Sequence record: SRR31156797_878
Direction: 5' to 3' (one strand)
DNA length: 20,000 nucleotides
This document shows positions 1 to 8,385 of the stretch, piece by piece. Position numbers and translations under genes: made by a program. The notes beneath the pieces are model-generated. The model searched no databases. It worked only from the letters and a program-made list of their open reading frames with translations, and was not told where the DNA came from. The stretch's first letter is position 1. The number at the start of each line of letters is the position of its first letter.

Positions 1-587
1 TTCCCTACCTGTTTTTCGATTTCTGATACATATGCTTTTGTTTCTTCCGTTAGATGTGACCTGCTGGCTACCACTGTAAAAACACCATCAGGCTTATCCA
101 ATGGAAGTTGTTTTGATTCTTCCAGTAATCCATCCAATGTAAAGCCATGATCTTTTACCTTATCATTGAAAACAATTTTGAACGCCCCACCAATTGAATA
201 GTCTGCAAAATATAAAATTTTTAGGGTAGGACAAAATATTACACCCATTTTTGGTTGATTTTTTTCGACCAGGGCAATGTTGACCGTAAACTCACCATTC
301 CGTTTTACGAACTCCTTCGTTCCATCCAGGGGGTCAACAATCCATAGCTGCTCCCAGTTTTTGCGTGTAGCGTAGGGTATGTGTTTACCCTCTTCACTTA
401 AAACCGGGATATCGGTTTTTTTTAGATGTTCAACGATAATTTCATGTGCAGCTTTATCGGCTAAAGTCAACGGGCTTTCATCGGCTTTATAATCTACCTC
501 AAAATCAGTTTCATAGATTTTTAGGATTTCTTCTCCGGCTTCAATAGCCGTTTTAATGGTGAGGAATAAAATTTCTTTTCTTGTCAT
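1..587 (-). CDS. cysQ: 3'(2'),5'-bisphosphate nucleotidase CysQ (partial; 3' end runs off the window)
   Basis: Not in the ORF track. Manual translation from ATG at 587 gives MTRKEILFLTIKTAIEAGEEILKIY...KADESPLTLAD...VLSEEG...WIVDPLDGTKEFVKRNGEFTVNIALV...VVASRSH, the inositol-monophosphatase/CysQ motifs. Starts 11 nt after the upstream gene's stop. Confidence 0.93.
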   Translation of the reverse strand, partial: MTRKEILFLTIKTAIEAGEEILKIYETDFEVDYKADESPLTLADKAAHEIIVEHLKKTDIPVLSEEGKHIPYATRKNWEQLWIVDPLDGTKEFVKRNGEFTVNIALVEKNQPKMGVIFCPTLKILYFADYSIGGAFKIVFNDKVKDHGFTLDGLLEESKQLPLDKPDGVFTVVASRSHLTEETKAYVSEIEKQVG

Positions 588-598
588 AATGATTGGTG

Positions 599-2071
599 TT
601 AAGTTGTTTCAGTTAATTTTTTGTTGTCCTCATCCAACGACTTTTGGAGCTCAGATGATTGGTGAAGAAATGCCATGGAGACATATAATAATGGACCAGT
701 TGGGATTTGACCGAGCACACCATTCCCATATGAGGCAGCCATGATCCCGAGAATCCCGGCTGCCAGGGCAAACAGCTTGCCTTGCAACTCCCTGTCTTTC
801 ACCCTAAACATGGCAAGGTATGAACCATAGCCAAGGATTGAAAATAGAATTATCAGGTGTAATGTCAAACCCACCACACCCTGATCGGCCCATATCATTA
901 CATACCAACTGTCTGTCGGAACATTAGCCAGGAATCCATTGGGAGTAAAGCGTGAGCCCCAGTAACCAGCGGCCCCTATACCTCCCCCAAATGGTCTGGA
1001 AGCGAGGTATGTCTTTAGCTTTCTTTGGTTTTCAAGTCTTACCTGTAGGGATTTATCCTCAGGGTCAAATGCGGTTCGCATCCTGTTAATGGCATAAACA
1101 TTATTTCCTATGGTAGTATATTTAAAGAACACGAATACACTAATCCCCATGATAATTCCTAATGTAACGAGCTTAACGTTTCTAATCAAGATTAAATACA
1201 AGAAAAAGCCGGCAAAAGGTACTGCAATAGCTCCCCGTGTACCGGAAATAAACATACCATAAAAGCTGGCTAAACCAAGAAAACCAAAGAAATATTTATC
1301 CTTTTTTCTTTTGGCATGTAAGGCTACAATGGTCCCCATAACACCGGCATGACCCTGTGCTGCTCCAAATTGCCCGGCATCACTGTAGAAGGAAAACACC
1401 CTTAATTTACCAAAGAGAACATGTGTACTATCTGCTCCACCATCCAACCAGGCCTGCTCCCAGGGATCAACACCAAAATGGGCTTGCAATAAACCTTTAA
1501 ATGTTCCAATAAGGGAAAGTATACCCCACAAATAAAGGAATTTATTTAGGTCTTTATGGCTTTTCAAAAGCAAAAGGGTAAGGGTAACCAACAATAGTTG
1601 GTAAAGCGATACTCCACGATGTGCATAAAACCAGGCAATCCTACTTTGAGCTTCCGGGTTAATCAATTCGAAAAGTGCATATGCATACCATACCAATGCT
1701 AATTTGGTAACAAGCTTGTTGGCCGGTGACCAATCAATACCTTTATGAAAATCCTTGAAAACCAACGCCAGAAAACCAAGCCCCAGCAAACCATCAATGG
1801 TTAATCCATATGGTGGACCTGGCACATATCTGGGAATTCCATTAACGACAAATCCCATAAAAACCACAACAAAAATTGATAGTTTAGGATTATGAAAAAT
1901 GCTTCCAACAACAAAAACAATAAAGGGAACAAGGATTAGAATAGCTGCAGTTTGAAACCCGGACCTGGCAATCATAGCAGCAAATACAACAGATAAACCA
2001 ATTAAAACAATAATCGATTTAGGACTGTTAAAACCTGCAGCACCAGTTTGTTTTTGTACAGGATTTAGCAT
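599..2071 (-). CDS. O-antigen ligase / Wzy polymerase family multi-pass membrane protein
   Basis: 490 aa with many hydrophobic segments, ISGTRGA motif and a large loop (SLQVRLENQ...PFGGGIG...TDSWYV) typical of the Wzy_C/O-antigen ligase family; polysaccharide operon context. Confidence 0.82.
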   Translation of the reverse strand: MLNPVQKQTGAAGFNSPKSIIVLIGLSVVFAAMIARSGFQTAAILILVPFIVFVVGSIFHNPKLSIFVVVFMGFVVNGIPRYVPGPPYGLTIDGLLGLGFLALVFKDFHKGIDWSPANKLVTKLALVWYAYALFELINPEAQSRIAWFYAHRGVSLYQLLLVTLTLLLLKSHKDLNKFLYLWGILSLIGTFKGLLQAHFGVDPWEQAWLDGGADSTHVLFGKLRVFSFYSDAGQFGAAQGHAGVMGTIVALHAKRKKDKYFFGFLGLASFYGMFISGTRGAIAVPFAGFFLYLILIRNVKLVTLGIIMGISVFVFFKYTTIGNNVYAINRMRTAFDPEDKSLQVRLENQRKLKTYLASRPFGGGIGAAGYWGSRFTPNGFLANVPTDSWYVMIWADQGVVGLTLHLIILFSILGYGSYLAMFRVKDRELQGKLFALAAGILGIMAASYGNGVLGQIPTGPLLYVSMAFLHQSSELQKSLDEDNKKLTETT

Positions 2072-2074
2072 GTT

Positions 2075-3421
2075 TTAACCCTTTGTTGGTTTTAAATATT
2101 GCTTCACGGCATTGGCATAGAATTGATAACCGTATTTAAAGATTTCCCTGTAGTCTACTGGTATTTCTTTAATCAGGAATCTAAAGCCAACTATCTGACC
2201 TACAATTGTGAACAATATGGTAACAATGGCAACAGCAATAAGCGATTTAAAAATATATAGTGCTACCAGGTCGCCCAGGATATTTAATATTACCATGATC
2301 ATTACTTTATAAAAATTTTTCTTAGGTCGGTTTATACTGTCCAGTGCAACACCTGTAAACCTATCGATTGGTAGAAAAAATGTATATATAGCAAATATCT
2401 GAAAGAGAATAACAGGCACAATACTTTCGGTATACTGCTCTCCACCAAGTATCAATATAAAGTATTTTGCGAAAAGGATGCAAATAATAATCATCGGAAT
2501 AAACAATAGTGTCAGAGCTCCTGAATAGGTGTAGAATGTTTCCTTCACTTTTTCCGGATCATTATTTACACTTGCTTTTGACATTTTTGGAAAAGCTGTT
2601 GCAAGGAAGCTGCGAAGCGGAATTTCCATGATTTCCGTTAATTTCAATGGTACGGCATATAATGCCACAGCTGCTGCTCCAAATGGACTCAATCCTATTA
2701 ATATAGTGTCGGCACTTTTTAATAAATTGGAACCTATCATTGTCCCGATCGTAAATTTACCGAAATGAAAAAGCCTGGAGTTATTTGCCTTTGTAGCTTT
2801 AGATATGAATTTTATCCCATCCCAACCTTTGTAAATACTTAAAATTGAGGTCAACATATTTACTGTTAAATGGGCATAAACAATAATCTCAACACCCCAA
2901 TTCATAAACAAATAATTGAACAATACGAACAGGAAGAATCCTCCTGTTGTTGTCAACCTTACTACGAGAATGGACTTAAATTTTTGGTCGGCCTGAAGAA
3001 CACCAAGAGCATTATTATAGGGTAAATTTACAATTGCCAAAAGGGGATACCAGGTGAAAAACAAAATATAACCCGATTCAATAACCCAGTTACTAAAGAG
3101 GAACCTGATCAGGATTATAATCGTAATTAAAATCAGCGTAAGCAATAATCCTAATAACCAGTTGGACCCGATTAGTTCTTTGCGTTCGTTACCCTTAGCA
3201 CCTGACAGAAATCTGATAATGGAAACACGGGTAATAGCAAACCTGAGCATTTCGATTAATCCGGCAGTTACAAGATATAGCAACCATTCCCCAAAAATGT
3301 TTGGGTCAAACGACCGGGCCAGAAGCATAAAACTCAGAAATCCAAATAAAGCAACAGACATATTCCCTATCAATGATAAGGATTCATTTGAATTTAGCAC
3401 AGCTTTAAGCTTAGCAACCAT
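2075..3421 (-). CDS. Wzx-like oligosaccharide flippase (MOP superfamily)
   Basis: About 448 aa, highly hydrophobic; LLARSFDPNIFGEW near the N-terminus and ADTILIG...AVALYAVPLKL in the second half match flippases. ATG at 3421 preferred over TTG at 3427. Confidence 0.85.
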   Translation of the reverse strand: MVAKLKAVLNSNESLSLIGNMSVALFGFLSFMLLARSFDPNIFGEWLLYLVTAGLIEMLRFAITRVSIIRFLSGAKGNERKELIGSNWLLGLLLTLILITIIILIRFLFSNWVIESGYILFFTWYPLLAIVNLPYNNALGVLQADQKFKSILVVRLTTTGGFFLFVLFNYLFMNWGVEIIVYAHLTVNMLTSILSIYKGWDGIKFISKATKANNSRLFHFGKFTIGTMIGSNLLKSADTILIGLSPFGAAAVALYAVPLKLTEIMEIPLRSFLATAFPKMSKASVNNDPEKVKETFYTYSGALTLLFIPMIIICILFAKYFILILGGEQYTESIVPVILFQIFAIYTFFLPIDRFTGVALDSINRPKKNFYKVMIMVILNILGDLVALYIFKSLIAVAIVTILFTIVGQIVGFRFLIKEIPVDYREIFKYGYQFYANAVKQYLKPTKG

Positions 3422-3428
3422 AATCAAA

Positions 3429-5786
3429 TTAGCTTATTGATGACTTTGTATAAAATTGGAATCTAAGCAGTTGTTTCATCTTACGCCTGATTTTACTTCT
3501 AGATTTTGGCAAAACACCAAGTACCCCTTCAATTTCTTCGATCTCTGTTCCATTCAAAAATACCATAGGTTTGGTTTTTAAGAATTGACTATATGTTTCA
3601 AGAGCGGAGTTGTCTGCAGTTTTCCATTCACGATTCGAACGGGTTACAAGAATACTTAAATCGCTTTGTCCAATGATGGTGGAAGGATAAAAATTATGTA
3701 ATATAGCCGGGATTTCAAGAAATATATATTTGAAATTATCAAATGAGTTAATCTCAAGAGTGGTATCCAGGTCAAATAAATCCTTTTTTTCAGGAAATGT
3801 ATCATCTATTGAATAGTAGATATTATCTGTATTCTCAACCGATTTTAATATTTCAGCACTTTTCCTACCTCCTTTGGATAATGACTTAAACACTTTTGAG
3901 AATGATTCTAAAGGTCTAAATCCTGAAGATTTTTTTTCGGAGTTATCATCACCATCAACATCATCTGTAAACTTGTAATTCATTAATAAAACTCTGTCAC
4001 CCATAGCACGAATCTTATCTACAACTTTATTTGCCAAAAAGGATTTTCCCTCTTTAGGGGAATTACTAAAAAACACGATCAGTTTATTTTGGTTCCGAAT
4101 GGTTGTATCATCCTCAGAGTTCGCTAAAAATTTGATGTCTTGCAGTAATAGTTCAATTAACCGATTTGTTATAAAAGGCATATCATATTTTCGATATGGG
4201 CCAATAATTTTAGGCATGATGCCAATTGATTTTAAGCCGGTTAGTTTTTCGGCACGTTGAATGTTCTTGATTGTATTATCAAAATATTCGGTTAATAATA
4301 TACTGGCCAAAACCAAAATGAATCCAAATAACCCGGCTGCGAGAACAATAATTTTGCGTTTTGATGGAATAGCCTTAATTGGAAAATATGCCTGATCCAT
4401 AGGCTTGATGTTTGAGGCAAGCTGTTCATTTTGTTGTTTCAGCTTAGCTTCATTCAGGCTTTGCAGCAGTGATAAATATTCGCGCTCAGCAACATCAATT
4501 TCTCTTTCAATCCTGCTAATATTTGCACCTAACGGGGCAAATAATTCATAATTTTTTTTGAACTCTTCCTGTCGGCTGTAGAGTACTTTCAGGCCTGCTT
4601 TTGCCTCAGCAAATTTTATTAAATTTGATAACCATTCATCAAGCAATCCCCCCAACGGTAGGCCATCAATAGAATTATTGTATGAATACAATTGGTTTAA
4701 ATCACGATTCAATTCAAATTCAATTAACTCTGCTTCAAGTTGAAGCCTGGCAATTTCATTTTTACTTGCAGTATCAGGCTCATTATAAATTTCATTTATG
4801 GTCAATTTCTCAGTAATTTCAACCAATCGATCTCTTTTTTGAAGTATTTCATCTGTAACCCCCTGAATTTGCCCCTGGACCTGAAGCTGGTTTTCGAGTC
4901 GTTGAAGGGCTTGTTCAGATCCGGCAAGTTTCATTTTTTCAAATTGTATTGCTTCTTCAATATCTTCTTTTTTTACGGCTATAAATTTACTCTGCTCATA
5001 GTAGTTAATAATCTTATTACCCTTGTTAAACTCCAATAATTTATCTTCAGCAATATTTAATTTTTGTTGTGCAACATCAACTTGTCTGGCAAAATAAGCA
5101 ACTACAGCATCACTTTGATTTTCCTTTAGTGCCCGGTAGTTTCGAATAAAAACCTCAGTTAATATTTTGAGTGTTTGCATCGCAATTCCAGGGTCCTGAG
5201 ATTTGAACTTAATCGAGATCAGGTCACTACTTTGTACTCTTCGCACAACACATCCTTGTATAGCTCTAATACTGAAATATTTATGGGTGAAATTCAATAG
5301 ATTATAAATATAGTTTGTATCTGAAGCATTATAATAATCAGTAAAAACTTTTACAGTTTGCTCATATGCCTGAGATTTGGCGACAGAATCATCAGTAAAA
5401 ACCGGTTTTATAACCATATCCTTGATAAACTGCGGCGTTTTCATCCTGAGTTCAATAAAGGATTCTTTTGAGATTATTTTTTTATCGTATTGGTCCAGTG
5501 ATATGCATTTGGCAAATAGGCGTATTCCTGTTTCGCTGCTGGTCTCCCTTGATTTAATTACATTGATAAGGTTATCAAACGCCATGCGCGAACCAAATAA
5601 ATCAAATCTGTCATTTTGCTCAAGAGTTTGCGCTGAACCAATACCAGTATAGACCACCGTTTCAGATTCGTACTCTAAAGTTGGGTTTTTTGTTAAATAA
5701 GCCACCAATACTGCCAGAAAGATCGGAACAAACATTAGCAGTAAAATATGCTTTTTAATGATATTTAAAAGCTGAATTATATTCAT
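3429..5786 (-). CDS. Wzc/GumC-like polysaccharide co-polymerase with degenerate BY-kinase-like C-terminal domain
   Basis: N-terminal TM, long coiled-coil periplasmic region (IEREIDVAEREYLSLLQSLNEAKL), second TM (IIVLAAGLFGFILVLASILL) and Walker-A-like SNSPKEGKS. ATG at 5786 preferred over TTG at 5792. Confidence 0.85.
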   Translation of the reverse strand: MNIIQLLNIIKKHILLLMFVPIFLAVLVAYLTKNPTLEYESETVVYTGIGSAQTLEQNDRFDLFGSRMAFDNLINVIKSRETSSETGIRLFAKCISLDQYDKKIISKESFIELRMKTPQFIKDMVIKPVFTDDSVAKSQAYEQTVKVFTDYYNASDTNYIYNLLNFTHKYFSIRAIQGCVVRRVQSSDLISIKFKSQDPGIAMQTLKILTEVFIRNYRALKENQSDAVVAYFARQVDVAQQKLNIAEDKLLEFNKGNKIINYYEQSKFIAVKKEDIEEAIQFEKMKLAGSEQALQRLENQLQVQGQIQGVTDEILQKRDRLVEITEKLTINEIYNEPDTASKNEIARLQLEAELIEFELNRDLNQLYSYNNSIDGLPLGGLLDEWLSNLIKFAEAKAGLKVLYSRQEEFKKNYELFAPLGANISRIEREIDVAEREYLSLLQSLNEAKLKQQNEQLASNIKPMDQAYFPIKAIPSKRKIIVLAAGLFGFILVLASILLTEYFDNTIKNIQRAEKLTGLKSIGIMPKIIGPYRKYDMPFITNRLIELLLQDIKFLANSEDDTTIRNQNKLIVFFSNSPKEGKSFLANKVVDKIRAMGDRVLLMNYKFTDDVDGDDNSEKKSSGFRPLESFSKVFKSLSKGGRKSAEILKSVENTDNIYYSIDDTFPEKKDLFDLDTTLEINSFDNFKYIFLEIPAILHNFYPSTIIGQSDLSILVTRSNREWKTADNSALETYSQFLKTKPMVFLNGTEIEEIEGVLGVLPKSRSKIRRKMKQLLRFQFYTKSSIS

Positions 5787-5788
5787 TC

Positions 5789-6595
5789 TCAATAGATTTC
5801 GTTAAGCAAATTAAATTTCATCCCAACCATTTGTTCAAGCAATAAATATTGTCGATAAAATAACATCCTGTCCTGCTTGTAGTTGTACAAGTTTGTTGAA
5901 TGTATTTGTGTTAACCTTGATAATTCCGTGATTGTAATCCTTCCATTTAAAAACTCTTTTTCGGCCATTTTTACCTGAAGTTTTGAGGTAACCTGTGCTT
6001 CATTCTTAACTTTAAGCAAATCCTGATGTAAAAGTAAACTCTGGTAGGTAAAAATCACATCCTGTTTGGTTGTCCGTATCATCTCTTCTTTTCTTATCAA
6101 ATGGGCTTCAATTTCCCGTTTGCCCTGATTAACAGAATTTGTACGATTTATAATTTCAAACAAAGGCATTTTCACATATACTCCTACATCGAAATACGTC
6201 TGGTCACCAACAGATAGAAATTCAGACGGCAATCCACCTGCTGTTTCACTTGTTGTAAACTGATATCTGTTACCATATTTAAAGCTGGATGCAACACCCA
6301 AATTGCGCGACCAGGATTTTCTGTATTCATTCAGCCTGTACTTTGCCAAACTTATTTCAGCCTCTTCCATTCGTATCAATGGTGCATTTTTTACAGCCGA
6401 ATCTATCAATACTTCCAGTGGGGGAAGTTTATCCTGGATGTTATCGACAAGTGGGTCAAAAACAATTTCAATTTTCTTATCATCAGCACCTTTTTCATCT
6501 TGTGCAGTGGCCATTTTCGATTGCATTGTCAGCCAGACAATCATAAAGAAAAAGATCGCTATGTGGGCTATATTTAAATAACCGGTTTTATACAT
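5789..6595 (-). CDS. Short TolC/outer-membrane efflux family protein (apparently one repeat)
   Basis: 268 aa from ATG 6595; signal peptide ending ATA|Q; LEVLIDSAVKNAP helix, beta-strand segments (NLGVASSFKY, FDVGVYVKMPLF) and AEKEFLNGRITITEL helix resemble one OEP repeat. Start overlaps the upstream gene's 3' end by 8 nt. Confidence 0.72.
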   Translation of the reverse strand: MYKTGYLNIAHIAIFFFMIVWLTMQSKMATAQDEKGADDKKIEIVFDPLVDNIQDKLPPLEVLIDSAVKNAPLIRMEEAEISLAKYRLNEYRKSWSRNLGVASSFKYGNRYQFTTSETAGGLPSEFLSVGDQTYFDVGVYVKMPLFEIINRTNSVNQGKREIEAHLIRKEEMIRTTKQDVIFTYQSLLLHQDLLKVKNEAQVTSKLQVKMAEKEFLNGRITITELSRLTQIHSTNLYNYKQDRMLFYRQYLLLEQMVGMKFNLLNEIY

Positions 6596-7793
6596 CACCT
6601 CTTTGAATAAATACTTTAACAGTTCTGAAAATTAAATTCATATCACCCCAGAAGGAGTTATTTTCGGCGTATTTGGCATCGAGGGAAAACCTTTCTTCCT
6701 CCGACATTTCTCCATCTTTACCACGCAATTCTACCTGCCAGAGTCCGGTAAGGCCTGCTGCGGCAAGGAATCGTTTATGACGGATGCCTCCTTTTTTCTG
6801 ACTATCGGTGCTTAGTTGCTCGGCTTCGTATTCCGGCAATGGTCGATTACCTACAATCGACATATCACCTTTAATGATGTTGATGAGTTGAGGCAATTCA
6901 TCAATGCTGGTATTACGGATAAATTTCCCAACCTTTGTAATTCGTGGATCATTTTCCAGTTTGATGTATGTTGCCTTTAAATCTTTGCGTAGTTGTTTAA
7001 GGTTTTCGCAAACGGGTTCCTTATCTTCATATTGAACCTCAGAGCAAAATTTTCCTTCAGGCAGTGCGGCGCATTTGGGACACTCTTCTATGGTTTCCTT
7101 GGCATATTGATTCAATTTCGCCAAATCATCTTTTGATAATAACTGATCTGCATTGACCCGCATGGAACGGAATTTCAAAAATCCAAAATTTTTATAATTA
7201 GCACCAACTCTCCTTGAAACATAGTAGAACGGCCCTTTGGATTCGAGCTTAATGGCTATGATTACCAGCAACATTAATGGTGATAAAAGCAGTAGTGCCA
7301 ATCCGGAAAATGTAATATCAAAGACCCGCTTAATAAAAGGTGTTTTGTAGTATTCCTCTTTTGCGTCATCATGGAAAACTTTTTTCTCAACGGCCGAAAT
7401 TCCAAGTTCCTCTGTGTGGTATTTGTAATAAACAATACGGTTATAAATTCGCTCAGGATCGATTGGGTACAGGTAATAATCATCGATACCGGCAGCGAGT
7501 GCACGCATGATCATATCCTGATCATCAACCATCGAAATTAAAACGTAAGGATTTTTTTTGATCAAGTCCTTCTCTTCCAGCAATTTCCTGATTTGAAGGC
7601 CATCGCTGAAATAAATTTTCGTTTCAGCAATGATGGCATCAGTATCTTTATGGGTTTGAAGATAGTTCACCGTTTCGATGGAAGTGTTGATTTGAAAAAC
7701 ATCAAACAAGCCCGATGACTCCAGGCTTTGCACCGGCCCACTGTTGCTGCCAATGTACAAAACCTTTAATGGTATTCTTTCAGCATTTTCCAT
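6588..7793 (-). CDS. Priming sugar (phosphoglycosyl) transferase with N-terminal receiver-like domain
   Basis: C-terminal Bac_transf motifs KRVFDI, LKFRSM, DPRITKVGKFIRNTSIDELPQLINIIKGDMSIVGNRP, GLTGLWQV. N-terminal ~124 aa have a receiver pattern (RALAAGIDDYYLYP). ATG 7793 lies 4 nt after the upstream stop and avoids the 188-nt overlap implied by the track start at 7985. Confidence 0.9.
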   Translation of the reverse strand: MENAERIPLKVLYIGSNSGPVQSLESSGLFDVFQINTSIETVNYLQTHKDTDAIIAETKIYFSDGLQIRKLLEEKDLIKKNPYVLISMVDDQDMIMRALAAGIDDYYLYPIDPERIYNRIVYYKYHTEELGISAVEKKVFHDDAKEEYYKTPFIKRVFDITFSGLALLLLSPLMLLVIIAIKLESKGPFYYVSRRVGANYKNFGFLKFRSMRVNADQLLSKDDLAKLNQYAKETIEECPKCAALPEGKFCSEVQYEDKEPVCENLKQLRKDLKATYIKLENDPRITKVGKFIRNTSIDELPQLINIIKGDMSIVGNRPLPEYEAEQLSTDSQKKGGIRHKRFLAAAGLTGLWQVELRGKDGEMSEEERFSLDAKYAENNSFWGDMNLIFRTVKVFIQRGDV

Positions 7794-7797
7794 AGCA

Positions 7798-8322
7798 TTA
7801 ATCTTGCATTTGTTTTTCAAGATTGGCGAACTTATCTTTAAAATGCTGTTCCACTTCTTCAACATCAAATGGTTCGGGGATAAACTGAAGAGCTCCCAAT
7901 TTGAAGAAGTGATATTTGTCGTTTGTATTAAGCTCAAAATTCCGCCATCTGATCTTGGGATTGAGATTTTTTTCGATAAGTGCAATTAACTCTTTTGGGT
8001 TGAACGGCTTGGTTAGAAAATCCTGTGCTTTCAGGTTATAGCAACGGATACGCTCTTTTGTTTCTTCTACTCCTGAAAGCATAATCACTGGAATATCACC
8101 AAAGAAGCCACTGTTACGTATAATTTCAAGAAATTCATAACCACTCATATTCGGCATTTCAATATCACAGATGATCAGATCAGGTATATTCCTGCCTTTT
8201 ATCATCCAGTAATAAGCATCCTGTCCGTCCTTTTGTGTGGTAACATCATATTTTTCCTTAAGTACAGAACTGATAATAGTTCGCATACTTTTATTATCAT
8301 CAATGGCGAGAATCTTTTTCAT
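7798..8322 (-). CDS. CheY-like response regulator (receiver plus ~50-aa tail, no DNA-binding domain)
   Basis: KILAIDD acidic pocket, PDLIICDIEMPNMSG (Asp53), MLSG (Ser83) and FLTKPF (Lys105): all canonical receiver residues present. Confidence 0.93.
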   Translation of the reverse strand: MKKILAIDDNKSMRTIISSVLKEKYDVTTQKDGQDAYYWMIKGRNIPDLIICDIEMPNMSGYEFLEIIRNSGFFGDIPVIMLSGVEETKERIRCYNLKAQDFLTKPFNPKELIALIEKNLNPKIRWRNFELNTNDKYHFFKLGALQFIPEPFDVEEVEQHFKDKFANLEKQMQD

Positions 8323-8352
8323 AATTCTTTGGTTTGGTTATTTATTCGATTC

Positions 8353-8385
8353 CAAATATAGATAAAATTAAATGTTTTTAACAAA
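8353..8385 (-). promoter_or_regulatory. Bacteroidota sigma-A-type promoter P1 of the EPS operon
   Basis: Minus strand TTTG (8385-8382), 21-nt spacer, TATATTTG (8360-8353); fits TTTG-N19-21-TAnnTTTG, 30 nt upstream of the ATG at 8322. Confidence 0.7.

Noticed and set aside
7794-7985. 64-aa N-terminal extension of the sugar transferase in the ORF track
   Set aside because: Overlaps the response regulator by 188 nt in another frame; ATG 7793 directly after the regulator stop is the more plausible start.
556-7989. Short alternative ORFs across the EPS operon (556, 3162, 4740, 5377, 6289, 6303, 7274, 7744)
   Set aside because: All overlap well-supported genes and show no protein family signal.
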